Below are positions 9,564-18,626 of a stretch of 64,000 nt of DNA, in pieces (position 1 is the stretch's first letter; each line of letters opens with the position of its first letter). The notes under the pieces are model-generated. The model made no database searches. It had not been told where the DNA came from and saw only the letters and a program-made list of their open reading frames with translations. Origin of the DNA: Candidatus Bathyarchaeota archaeon (GTDB lineage Archaea; Thermoproteota; Bathyarchaeia; Bathyarchaeales; Bathycorpusculaceae); the NCBI GenBank assembly GCA_963715865.1, contig OY970280.1, forward strand, positions 1,280,001 to 1,344,000. Reading direction: 5' to 3'. The position numbers and the translations under genes were made by a program.

Positions 9564-9923
9564 ATGTTAAAATTGATGAACAAAATCGAAGAATGTGCAA
9601 ATGAAATACCTGAAGAAACTAGGGTAATCATAGCAGCACTCGATAATCCAATTCGACAAGCAATTCTTGTACTACTAAGCGAAAGAAAAGAGTTGTCTTT
9701 TTCAGACATGCAAAAGGAGTTTGGCATAGAGAAGCTTACGTTAAATTTCCATCTAAAAAAACTGTTCTCCAGCGCCTTAATAGACCATTATTACAAACAC
9801 GAATTAGGAAATCAAAAATACTCTTTTTACGCCATAAACCCGCTTGGAAGTCGAATCCTTGCCAGCCTAAACAACGCATTAATCCCGCCAGCAATAGTTC
9901 AAGAACAACAAACAACAAAATAG
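9564..9923 (+). CDS. ArsR-like winged-helix transcription regulator
   Basis: AALDNPIRQAILVLL, LSFSDM, LNFHLKKL. Confidence 0.85.
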   Translation: MLKLMNKIEECANEIPEETRVIIAALDNPIRQAILVLLSERKELSFSDMQKEFGIEKLTLNFHLKKLFSSALIDHYYKHELGNQKYSFYAINPLGSRILASLNNALIPPAIVQEQQTTK

Positions 9924-9971
9924 CTTAAGAGCAAAAAACATTTGAATAGTAACAAACCGCCCATTCTAAAT

Positions 9972-10049
9972 TGGTGGACGGGGCGGGATTTGAACCCGCG
10001 ACTTCCACGATGCCAACGTGGCGATCATGCCAGACTGATCTACCCGCCC
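9972..10049 (-). tRNA. tRNA-Ala(GGC), CCA encoded
   Basis: GGGCGGG/CCCGUCC acceptor with G3:U70, anticodon arm CCACG-UUGGCAU-CGUGG, T arm GCGGG-UUCAAAU-CCCGC. Confidence 0.97.
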
Positions 10050-10244
10050 TAAAGCATGTGACTTTTGAAACTTTAGCCAGTGTCATTTAATAAGGGTTTC
10101 TTATGGACTCCAAGGAAGATACCAGAAAAAGCAGAAGGCTTGTAAGTTCTTTTTTGTCATTAATTTGTTTTCGGTTAAGCTTTAATGCAGAGTAGCTTTT
10201 TATAAGGCAAACGCAAATAGAAAAGCCAAGCAAGGTGCCATAAA

Positions 10245-11297
10245 ATGCCCAAAGTAAAAGTTGCATTAATCGGCGTTGGAAACTGCGCCTCAGCCTTCAT
10301 CCAAGGCATACAATACTACGCTAAGCTCCAAAAGCCAGAAGACTGCGTTGGACTGCGCAATCCAGTTTTGGCAGGTTTAAGCCCAAAAGACATCCAGGTG
10401 GTCGCGGCTTTTGATGTGGATGAGCGCAAGGTTGGAAAAGACCTTTCCGAAGCCATTTTTGCCACGCCAAACAACGCGCCAAAGGTTTGTGATGTGCCTG
10501 TAACGGGTGTTAAGGTTAACAAGGGTCCGTTGCTGGATGGTGTTGGAAAATCCACTAAAGCTTTCATACAGGTTAGCAGTGCGTCTGATGCTAACGTTGC
10601 TAAGGTGCTCAAGGATGCGGGCGCTGAAGTAATGGTTAATTTGCTGCCAAGCGGAGCCGCAAAAGCCTCGCAATGGTACGCTGAACAAGCTTTAGCGGCA
10701 GGATGCGCTTTCGTCAACGCTACACCAAACTTCATAGCCAGCGACGCTGCATGGGCTAAACGGTTCGCTGATGCAAAGCTTCCTCTTGTCGGCGACGACT
10801 TGGTGGACCAGGTGGGCTCAACTGCTCTGCACAAAACGCTGCTTAAGCTGCTTTCAGATAACGGGGTAAGAATAGATGAGACTTATCAGCTTGATGTTGG
10901 CGGAGGAACCGAATCCGTTGACACTTTGGACCGCACTCGTGATGCGAAACGCACCATAAAAACTGAGTCAGTAGCTGCATCATTACCTTACAAGGCTGAA
11001 ATTGTGGCTGGCTCAACTGATTACGTGGATTTCCTGCAGAACAAGCGTGACAGTTACTTCTGGATAAGCGGCGTCTACTTCTGCAATGCACCAATGAAGA
11101 TTGACCTCAAATTCCAAACTGTTGACGCGCCAAACGCTGGCTCAGTGCTCTTTGATGTGGTGCGAGCCGTGAAACTTGCGTTAAATAAGAAGCTAAAAGG
11201 TGCCGTGGAGCCAGTGTGTGCTTATGCGTTTAAACGTCCACCGCAAATGGTGCCGCTTGGGGTTGCAGAAGCAGAATTTGCCAAGTTCGTAGCTTAA
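10245..11297 (+). CDS. ino1: myo-inositol-1-phosphate synthase
   Basis: VALIGVGNCASA, VAAFDVDERKVG, FVNATP, GDD, YQLDVGG, DAPNAG. Confidence 0.92.
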   Translation: MPKVKVALIGVGNCASAFIQGIQYYAKLQKPEDCVGLRNPVLAGLSPKDIQVVAAFDVDERKVGKDLSEAIFATPNNAPKVCDVPVTGVKVNKGPLLDGVGKSTKAFIQVSSASDANVAKVLKDAGAEVMVNLLPSGAAKASQWYAEQALAAGCAFVNATPNFIASDAAWAKRFADAKLPLVGDDLVDQVGSTALHKTLLKLLSDNGVRIDETYQLDVGGGTESVDTLDRTRDAKRTIKTESVAASLPYKAEIVAGSTDYVDFLQNKRDSYFWISGVYFCNAPMKIDLKFQTVDAPNAGSVLFDVVRAVKLALNKKLKGAVEPVCAYAFKRPPQMVPLGVAEAEFAKFVA

Positions 11298-11307
11298 AAC
11301 GTTCAAG

Positions 11308-12450
11308 TTAGCTGAGCTTTGCTAATTGGCTTATTATTTTCTCTTTAACGCCATTTTCTTTCAAAGTGTCTTTTAGGTAGTTTATGGTTTTAACAGGCGT
11401 CGGGTCTACCCCGTGCAGAAGTGCCAAGTAGACGCTTGTGAAGTCGCCGATGCAAATGGTTGACAGCATCTTTGCCAATGGGCTTTTGCCTTGAGCGTAT
11501 ATTTCAAACAGTCCCAAGCCAGCTTGACCTACGAGCTCTTTTGTGATTTCAATTCTGCTGCGAATTTCTGTGGGCTCATCTCTGTCTCTAATGAAGATTG
11601 CAGAGAAACATTTGCCAAGTTCACCAGCCCTTTCCCAACCCACAATCTCATTATGGTTCAGCTCAGAGAAAACCTCCCACTTCGCAGGAACCTTACTGTT
11701 CTCATTGAACTGCTGCTTAAAACGCTCTGCTACACTACGGTAAAAACCGAAACCATAAATCACAGGAGCGGTCTGCCCGATGTTTAAAGCTAAGGTTTTA
11801 GAAACGTTTTCTTTAGCTGGTTTCTCAAGAGAATTATCCCTGCTAATTTTTTCTAGAAGCGCCAAGGCTTCAGAGAGTTCTTCGGAGGCGCCTGAAACCA
11901 AACCCATTTTTTCCATGAGCATTATAAGGGGAACGAACATGTAGGGAAGCGCTGCTCGCGGAGGCATACCGCCGGGAACACGCAGGTACGGTACCTTAAG
12001 CCTTTCAGCGTTTTCCAGCAGGGCGCCGCCGCTGCTTATGCAGTAAATCATGCATTTCCGCTTCAACGCGTCAAGAAAAGCGCTCAGGGATTCTTCTGTG
12101 TCGCCTGAGTAGCTGGTTATTAACACGAGGCTTTTCTTGCCAGCGTACGCCGGTAGCTGGTATTCGCGGTTAACTTCAATCGGTACAGTGGTTTTGTTTC
12201 GCATCCAATCCTTCAGTAAGTCGCCGCCGATTCCTGAGCCGCCCATGCCAGCAACTATAACATTGTCAGGTTTGGAGTAGTTTACTTTGATTTTATTGGT
12301 TAATTTAGCGGCTTCACTGTAAAGCTTAGCGGAATTCATACAAAAATTAATCATGCTTGCTTTATCGACAGTTTTTATTTTTTCAATGTCATCTAAAAGG
12401 GGTTTTGCCAAATTTTCAATCCTCCAGTAACCCGCAGTTTTATATCTCAT
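11308..12450 (-). CDS. pgi/pmi: Bifunctional phosphoglucose/phosphomannose isomerase (SIS fold); likely start TTG 12411
   Basis: GMGGSGIGG, SYSGDTEE, PRAALP, QFNENSK, ELNHNEIVG. Confidence 0.93.
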   Translation of the reverse strand: MRYKTAGYWRIENLAKPLLDDIEKIKTVDKASMINFCMNSAKLYSEAAKLTNKIKVNYSKPDNVIVAGMGGSGIGGDLLKDWMRNKTTVPIEVNREYQLPAYAGKKSLVLITSYSGDTEESLSAFLDALKRKCMIYCISSGGALLENAERLKVPYLRVPGGMPPRAALPYMFVPLIMLMEKMGLVSGASEELSEALALLEKISRDNSLEKPAKENVSKTLALNIGQTAPVIYGFGFYRSVAERFKQQFNENSKVPAKWEVFSELNHNEIVGWERAGELGKCFSAIFIRDRDEPTEIRSRIEITKELVGQAGLGLFEIYAQGKSPLAKMLSTICIGDFTSVYLALLHGVDPTPVKTINYLKDTLKENGVKEKIISQLAKLS

Positions 12451-12512
12451 CCCCTACTTTTAAGCTCAACGCAGATACATGATTAACCAAGCGGCAGGAA
12501 GCAAAAAGCGCC

Positions 12513-13367
12513 ATGGATAAAAAGAAACTAGCAATCGCTATTCCAGCATCGGTAATCTCTGATACGCCGCATTTGCGAGAGAAAACCTCAAAAATCGGCT
12601 TGATTGGAAGGGCAGCGGCGATTTTCAGGGTGGACGAAATCATAGTTTACCCAGACAACCCTAAAGCCAATCAGGCAAGAGACATGGATTTTATCGCTCT
12701 CTTGCTAAATTACCTGGAAACGCCACAGTATCTCCGCAAAAGACTCTTCAAGCTTGAGCCTCGATTGCAATTTGCGGGGATTTTGCCGCCGTTGCGTACG
12801 CCTCATCACCCTGTGAGCGGTAAAACTCGGGATTTGAAGGCTGGTGAGTATCGTGAAGGCGTGGTTTTATCTCAAGCTAAAGAAGGCTTGCTTGTGGACA
12901 TAGGCGTTGACCAACCGGCTCTTTTGAGGGAAAAACAGTTCGCTTTAGGCGACCGCTTAACGCTGCAAGTTGTTAAGGCTGGCGAGCAAGTTGAAGTGCA
13001 AACCGTAAATCGAGATGATGTTCCCGTTTATTGGGGTTTCAGGGTTCGTGCGGAAAAACGACCTTTCCGGCAACTTGTGACGAGCGGCGAGTTTGATTTA
13101 GCTATTGCTACTGCACGGGTTGGTGATAAATTCATGGATGTTGCAGGTGAGATAGGGAAAAAATGGAGCCATGCCCAGCATGTTTTAGTGGCGTTTGGTG
13201 CGCCATCGCGTGGTTTGCATGAAATTGCTAAAGAGGAAGGAGCAGAGCTTGAGGCGATTGTTGATTTTGTTGTAAACATGATTCCTGAGCAGGGAACCGT
13301 GACGGTTAGGACCGAAGAGGCGCTTTTGGCTTCGTTAGCTATTTTGAACATGCAATTTAATTACTAA
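12513..13367 (+). CDS. SPOUT-class RNA methyltransferase (DUF171 family)
   Basis: IGRAAAIFRVDEI, YLETPQYLRK, PPLRTPHH, FGAPSRGL, EQGTVTVRTEEA. Confidence 0.9.
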   Translation: MDKKKLAIAIPASVISDTPHLREKTSKIGLIGRAAAIFRVDEIIVYPDNPKANQARDMDFIALLLNYLETPQYLRKRLFKLEPRLQFAGILPPLRTPHHPVSGKTRDLKAGEYREGVVLSQAKEGLLVDIGVDQPALLREKQFALGDRLTLQVVKAGEQVEVQTVNRDDVPVYWGFRVRAEKRPFRQLVTSGEFDLAIATARVGDKFMDVAGEIGKKWSHAQHVLVAFGAPSRGLHEIAKEEGAELEAIVDFVVNMIPEQGTVTVRTEEALLASLAILNMQFNY

Positions 13368-13561
13368 ATAATCTGCTTTTGCGCTTTTGGATTATTAGGG
13401 GTACCCTCTTTTTAGCTGTGAAAACTAGGTCTAAAAAGATACCTACCCCTCCCCCTCATTTTGCTACTCAAACGCCCAAACAAAATGCGCCAATCCCTCC
13501 TCTTGCAGCCGCTGAAAGGAGCCAGTGTAGCCTCGGGGCATAGAATTAGTGTTTTTTCTGA

Positions 13562-14761
13562 ATGTTTTTTTGGTTTTTAGCTAAAGAAATAAATGCATCG
13601 TTGATTATTTTGCTCTCTATGCCGTCTCTTGACATTGCCATGCCAATCGCCTTGCTGATTGTGGTTACTGTCGCTATGCTTCTTAACAAGCGTGTCGAGG
13701 GAAAATTAGCTGCAACTATTGAAGAAAAAGAGTTCAAGACAAGAGACATAATCCTTCTTGTTGTTTTCATGGCCGTTATAGTTTCCGCTATCGCTTACAC
13801 TTCTTTAATTAATCCGGGAGCAGTCTTCCAAAATATCCTTCTCGTATTCTTTCTCTCATCTTACACTATTCTGCTTTTCACGTTTTCGTACGTTTTCTCT
13901 AACATCACAAAAACAAGGGCACAACTGCTTTCTGTTGGTTTCGGTGTTGCAGGTTTAATTGCTGGATTTGCTTGCCTTTTAGGTCCACTTCAAGATAGCT
14001 TTACAGTTTTCAGGGTAGGGGCGTTTTTTGGTTTAGCAATCTTTTGTTTCGGCGTTGCAGTTTTTGAACAGAAAAAGACGTCTTCTAAAGCGAAGTGGTA
14101 TGTGGCTGTTCAGCCGCCTGCAACGTTCGTTTTACTATTCATATTCTTTAACTTTATTCACAACACCGGTACTTTACAAGTATGGACTCCGTTTCTTATG
14201 GATGTTTTCGGGGTAACATTTGCTATTTTGATAATCTTGTATCTTTCATCAATGTTCTCCTGGAAGACCGTAGGTCTTTTTGCAGTTCTCTTAACAACTA
14301 TGGATATAATTTTGGTTATCGGCACTGGAACAATGGTTCAAGCTGCAAATCAGTTTACTGGGCTTGGTCTTCCAGTGCTGGTTTATTTGCCAAATGTCCC
14401 GCTTATGTTCAGAAATGGTCTTATTTTAAGTAGGGGACTTGGTCTGGGCGACTTTTTCTTTGCAGGCATTCTCGCAGTTCAAACATTCAATAAGTTCGGT
14501 AAAAAAACCGCCTTTATAGCGGTTGTGGCTATGGCTGTGGCTTTCGGCATTTGGGAAGCTTTCTTACCAGACATTTTAGCTTGGCTGCAGCCAATCGTTG
14601 GACGAAACATTGGTGGTTTCCCAGGGACTTTAATGATTATTAGCGGTTGGGCACCCATTATTGCTTGGAAGTTACTTAGCGAAAGAAACAAGACTGCTAA
14701 GATACCAGTTGTTAAGGAAACACCAGAAGCACCCAAAGAACAAAGTTTATCTATACAATAA
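13562..14761 (+). CDS. Presenilin/signal-peptide-peptidase-like GxGD intramembrane aspartyl protease; likely start ATG 13619
   Basis: Multi-TM; catalytic LTTMDI and GLGLGDFF; FPG at the PAL-equivalent position. Confidence 0.75.
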   Translation: MFFWFLAKEINASLIILLSMPSLDIAMPIALLIVVTVAMLLNKRVEGKLAATIEEKEFKTRDIILLVVFMAVIVSAIAYTSLINPGAVFQNILLVFFLSSYTILLFTFSYVFSNITKTRAQLLSVGFGVAGLIAGFACLLGPLQDSFTVFRVGAFFGLAIFCFGVAVFEQKKTSSKAKWYVAVQPPATFVLLFIFFNFIHNTGTLQVWTPFLMDVFGVTFAILIILYLSSMFSWKTVGLFAVLLTTMDIILVIGTGTMVQAANQFTGLGLPVLVYLPNVPLMFRNGLILSRGLGLGDFFFAGILAVQTFNKFGKKTAFIAVVAMAVAFGIWEAFLPDILAWLQPIVGRNIGGFPGTLMIISGWAPIIAWKLLSERNKTAKIPVVKETPEAPKEQSLSIQ

Positions 14762-14843
14762 GAGCTTTTTTAGCTTTATTGTTTAGAGTGTAAATAAATA
14801 TTTTTTTGGGGAAAAATTGGTTAAAAATAAAAGTGAGGCTTTT

Positions 14844-15170
14844 TTACCCGAATAGGGCGCCTAATCCTTCTAGCGCTGCGTCTTCTTTGGCTTTTTCTTC
14901 TTCAGCTTTCTTCTTCTTGTCTTCCGGAGCTGCTGCTTTCTGTTCTGCTGGTGCGCCACCTGCTGGAGCTGCTACTGGAGCGGCAGCCATCATTGTTGGC
15001 GCGGCTTTAATAGCTTCATCAATGTTTACTTCGCTGAGAGATGCTACTAGTGCTTTCATTTGTACTGGGTCAACTGTGATTCCTGCTGCTGTCAAAACGT
15101 TTGTGACTGTTTCTTCGTTTATTTCTTTTCCTGCCTTGTGAAGGAGCATCGCTGCGTAAATGTTTTCCAT
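14844..15170 (-). CDS. rpl12: 50S ribosomal stalk protein P1 (L12p)
   Basis: IYAAMLLHKAGKEINEE, Ala-rich hinge, terminal GLGALFG. Confidence 0.97.
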   Translation of the reverse strand: MENIYAAMLLHKAGKEINEETVTNVLTAAGITVDPVQMKALVASLSEVNIDEAIKAAPTMMAAAPVAAPAGGAPAEQKAAAPEDKKKKAEEEKAKEDAALEGLGALFG

Positions 15171-15449
15171 ACCTTTTCACCTCTTCATCGAGCTATTTTA
15201 ACCTTTTTAGCTGGTCAGACCCGCCTCGCTTGAAGAAGCTGGTCGTTACCTTGAATTGGCAGTTGATTCTGCCATTTTCTTGCCGTTTAGAAGAATACCC
15301 AATTACTTAAGAACCTTTCGTACATACATTTCACGTAAATTCATCTCTGCTTTTCTAAGCTGTTTTTCCATGCGAAAAGTGGCTGATTTCTCAATAACGC
15401 TTATCTTTAAGACGAGGCACAATGCGGTGATTCATAGGTTAATGATAGT

Positions 15450-16421
15450 ATGGGAAATGTTACAGTTGCCGTTCTCGGCGCTTTAGGTTACGGTAACAGT
15501 CTTGGCAAAAAAGGCACATCCACAGACATAACATTATACAACCTGAAAAAGGGCGAAGACACAGTAACCTTCATTGAACCAACACGGTACCCCGAAAGAT
15601 TAGCCCCATTGTTCTACGCTGTCTCTCTGGCAAAAAAAGCAATAGTTGTCGTGGATGAGATAAACGCTACTTTCGGCGAATGCCTAGTAATGCTCCAATG
15701 CGCAGACATTAAAAGCGGCTACCTAATTCCAAGAAACTACATTTCCAAAGAAAAAATCGAACCTCTCATAAAAGGAACAAGCCTAGAAAAATTTGAATTT
15801 GTAAAAGACGACCCTGCTTTTTTAAGAGACCAACTCTTGGCAGAAGCTTCTCAGCAAAAACCCGCCGAGATTCCAGTTGGGCAACAGCCGTGTGGAACAG
15901 TACCAGTGGATCACGCATTTAACGTTAAAGGCGTAGGCACTGTAATACTAGGCATAGCTGTTAACGGCATCGTACAGAAACATGCAACACTCAACGTTCT
16001 TTCAGCAGCAAAAACGGCACAAGTACGCTCAATCCAAAAGCACGATGACGAATTTGATGTTGCAAGCGAAGGCGACCGTGTTGGGCTTGCGTTAAAAAAC
16101 GTTGAAGTAGAAGACTTAGACCGCGGAACGGTTTTAACAAATGACCCCTCAATTAAGACTTCATCCACGTTGAAAACGCATGCTTCTTTGGTTAAGTATT
16201 GGCAGGCGCCGATAAAGCCGGGAATGGTCATGCATATTGGTCACTGGACACAATTTATCACAGCTAAAGTGGACGCCGTTGCAGATGCGGGTGATTGGAG
16301 AAAACCAGTCTTGACGTTAACGCTGGACAAACCGCTTGTCTATCGCCCAAACGATAAAGCAGTGTTGATGTATTTAGAGGGGGCTAAACTTCGCGTTGCT
16401 GGAACGGGTGAGCTATTGTAA
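15450..16421 (+). CDS. SelB/EF-Tu-like protein with degenerate G domain
   Basis: KKGTSTDIT, domain II PVDHAFNVKGVGTVILG, VRSIQKHD, GDRVGLAL; no GxxxxGK(S/T). Confidence 0.82.
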   Translation: MGNVTVAVLGALGYGNSLGKKGTSTDITLYNLKKGEDTVTFIEPTRYPERLAPLFYAVSLAKKAIVVVDEINATFGECLVMLQCADIKSGYLIPRNYISKEKIEPLIKGTSLEKFEFVKDDPAFLRDQLLAEASQQKPAEIPVGQQPCGTVPVDHAFNVKGVGTVILGIAVNGIVQKHATLNVLSAAKTAQVRSIQKHDDEFDVASEGDRVGLALKNVEVEDLDRGTVLTNDPSIKTSSTLKTHASLVKYWQAPIKPGMVMHIGHWTQFITAKVDAVADAGDWRKPVLTLTLDKPLVYRPNDKAVLMYLEGAKLRVAGTGELL

Positions 16422-16846
16422 CTAAGCCAATCGCCTGAAAAAAGGTTTTAATTTATAGATGTAATTTTTAGATAAATATATCTAAACTGCAAGTTTTGCA
16501 GAAATTTTAGATGAATAATTTAAATTGTATATGTTAAAAAAGCGCTAAACCGCCTTAATCTGCAAAATAAAATTCGGAAGCCAAAAACAAGAGTGGAAAA
16601 AGGTTGACCGCGGTTCTTGAAGGAAAGTTGAATTTTTTATAATTTTCGCTGTTTTATACGGATTAATCTTCATTAATTATATTGACATTCTTACTTCAGG
16701 TTACGGTTTCCATTTATGGTTAACTGCCATGTATTTTTTACCGTTCATTGGCTTCGCAATATTTAATTTTAAAAATTGGAAACTTACTATTGGATTTAAG
16801 AAAAAATCATATATCACAAAGCAATCCATCAACCAAGAGTGAACTG

Positions 16847-17980
16847 ATGTACAGAACTGGCGTCGCAAACCTGCCACTTCACGGTGGAAAAGCACCTTCA
16901 TGGCTTACCGAACGCATGCGTAAGTTAGCCAAGGAAATAGCGAACATAATGATTGAGGAGCAAGGCACAGCCACATTTATCCAACGCTTATCTGACCCGT
17001 ACTGGTTTCAAGCCTTCGGCTGCGTCTTAGCCTACGACTGGCACAGTTCAGGAGTAACCACAGTAGTCACAGGCATCCTTAAAGGCGCACTATCGCCTGA
17101 AGAGCACGGCATCGCTGTTTGCGGAGGAAAAGGCAGAACCTCAAAGAAAACGCCCAGTGACATCGCTTTGGTTGGCGAGAAGTTTGGTTTTTCAGAACAA
17201 ACCATCAAAACACTCACTTACAACAGCAAAATGGCTGCGAAAGTAGACAACACTGCCATCCAAGCAGGCTATCAACTCTATCACCACGCCTTCCTGGTGA
17301 CTAAAGATGAAAAGTGGGCTGTAATCCAGCAGGGCATGAGCGAGGAAGACCGAACTGCAAGACGTTACCATTGGCTGTCAGATAACGTAACAAACTTTGT
17401 AGTTGAACCACACAATGCCATAGTCGGCAACGCAAAACGCGAAAAAGCCCTCAACATGGTGGCAAAAGTCAGCGAAGGCGCCAGAAAAGCATCCGTTGAC
17501 CTGGCAAAAGAACCCACGCGCAAACTCATGAACCTAATCCAGTCCACAGCAAAACCGCTCAACCAGAAATCACTGCAAGATTGGCTTCCAAAAACCGCTG
17601 ATCCATGGCAGCAAACCCTAAACACACTCAACATGCCCCGCAACATAAGTTGGGATACGCTGAGCCGAGTCTACGAGTTCCAACCGCAAAACTATGAGGA
17701 ACTCTTAAGCGTGAAAGGTGTTGGACCAGCCACTGTCCGCGGTTTAGCTCTTGTAGCTGAGTTGGTTTATGGTGAGAAGCCAAGTTGGAAAGACCCAGTG
17801 AAATTCAGTTTTGCATACGGCGGCAAAGACGGCGTTCCTTTTCCAGTTGACCGCAAAGCAATGGACGAGTCAATCCAAATCCTCAAGCAGTCAGTGGAAG
17901 CAGCCAAAATCGGCGATAAAGAGAAACTGCGTTCGCTGCAGAGGCTAAGGCGGTTTGTTCCTGAGGGCGCAAATTCTTAA
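16847..17980 (+). CDS. DUF763-family protein
   Basis: ATG 16847: RTGVANLPLHGGKAP, DWHSSGVTT, YQLYHH, GVGPATVRGL, FAYGGKDGVPFPV. Confidence 0.9.
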   Translation: MYRTGVANLPLHGGKAPSWLTERMRKLAKEIANIMIEEQGTATFIQRLSDPYWFQAFGCVLAYDWHSSGVTTVVTGILKGALSPEEHGIAVCGGKGRTSKKTPSDIALVGEKFGFSEQTIKTLTYNSKMAAKVDNTAIQAGYQLYHHAFLVTKDEKWAVIQQGMSEEDRTARRYHWLSDNVTNFVVEPHNAIVGNAKREKALNMVAKVSEGARKASVDLAKEPTRKLMNLIQSTAKPLNQKSLQDWLPKTADPWQQTLNTLNMPRNISWDTLSRVYEFQPQNYEELLSVKGVGPATVRGLALVAELVYGEKPSWKDPVKFSFAYGGKDGVPFPVDRKAMDESIQILKQSVEAAKIGDKEKLRSLQRLRRFVPEGANS

Positions 17981-18020
17981 AACAAGCTACAGCCATTAAG
18001 ATTGTTGAGGAATCAAGGGT

Positions 18021-18620
18021 TTGCCTGAATCTAAAAACATTGGAAAACAAAGAATCGGAGCAGCCACTGGAATATTAGCACCCATACTTGCGTTCACATG
18101 TATTCTGGCAGCCATCGCGTCTTACCCCCAGTTCAGCTGGACAAACAATGCCTTAAGCGATTTAGGCATCATTCCAGGCATAACTGGGTCACTCTTCAAT
18201 TTCGGACTCTACGCCAGCGGGCTTTTAGCATTCAACTTTGCATTATTCGGTTTGTTTACCTACTTTGGAAAAAGCTGGGTTGGCAAAATTGGCGTAGCAG
18301 TTTTTGCAGCAGCAACGCTAGCGCTCATCGCTATTGGCGTTTTTAACGAGAGCTATTCTGGAACGCACGATGCCGTTTCCGTAGCGTTCTTCGTGCTTAT
18401 GCCCATATCAATGTTCGTCATTACCTGCGCGTTTTGGCTCGCTCATCAGGGGCGAATGGCTATTTTCACGGTTTTAATTGGGATTGCTGCAGCACTGCCG
18501 TGGTTACTGTTGTTTGCGTTTAACTATGTTCCAAATGTGGCTATTCCAGAATTCGTATCAGGGCTTGCGGTTTCAGTATGGACCATTGTGCTTGGCTACA
18601 AAATGATAAAACCAAGCTAA
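18021..18620 (+). CDS. DUF998-family membrane protein
   Basis: FSWTNNALSDLG, GVFNE...H, IPE; 6 TM. Confidence 0.8.
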   Translation: MPESKNIGKQRIGAATGILAPILAFTCILAAIASYPQFSWTNNALSDLGIIPGITGSLFNFGLYASGLLAFNFALFGLFTYFGKSWVGKIGVAVFAAATLALIAIGVFNESYSGTHDAVSVAFFVLMPISMFVITCAFWLAHQGRMAIFTVLIGIAAALPWLLLFAFNYVPNVAIPEFVSGLAVSVWTIVLGYKMIKPS

Positions 18621-18626
18621 AATTGA

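Noticed and set aside
15450-16421. Genuine selenocysteine factor SelB
   Set aside because: No P-loop or domain IV; no tRNA-Sec, SelD or in-frame Sec codons seen in the window
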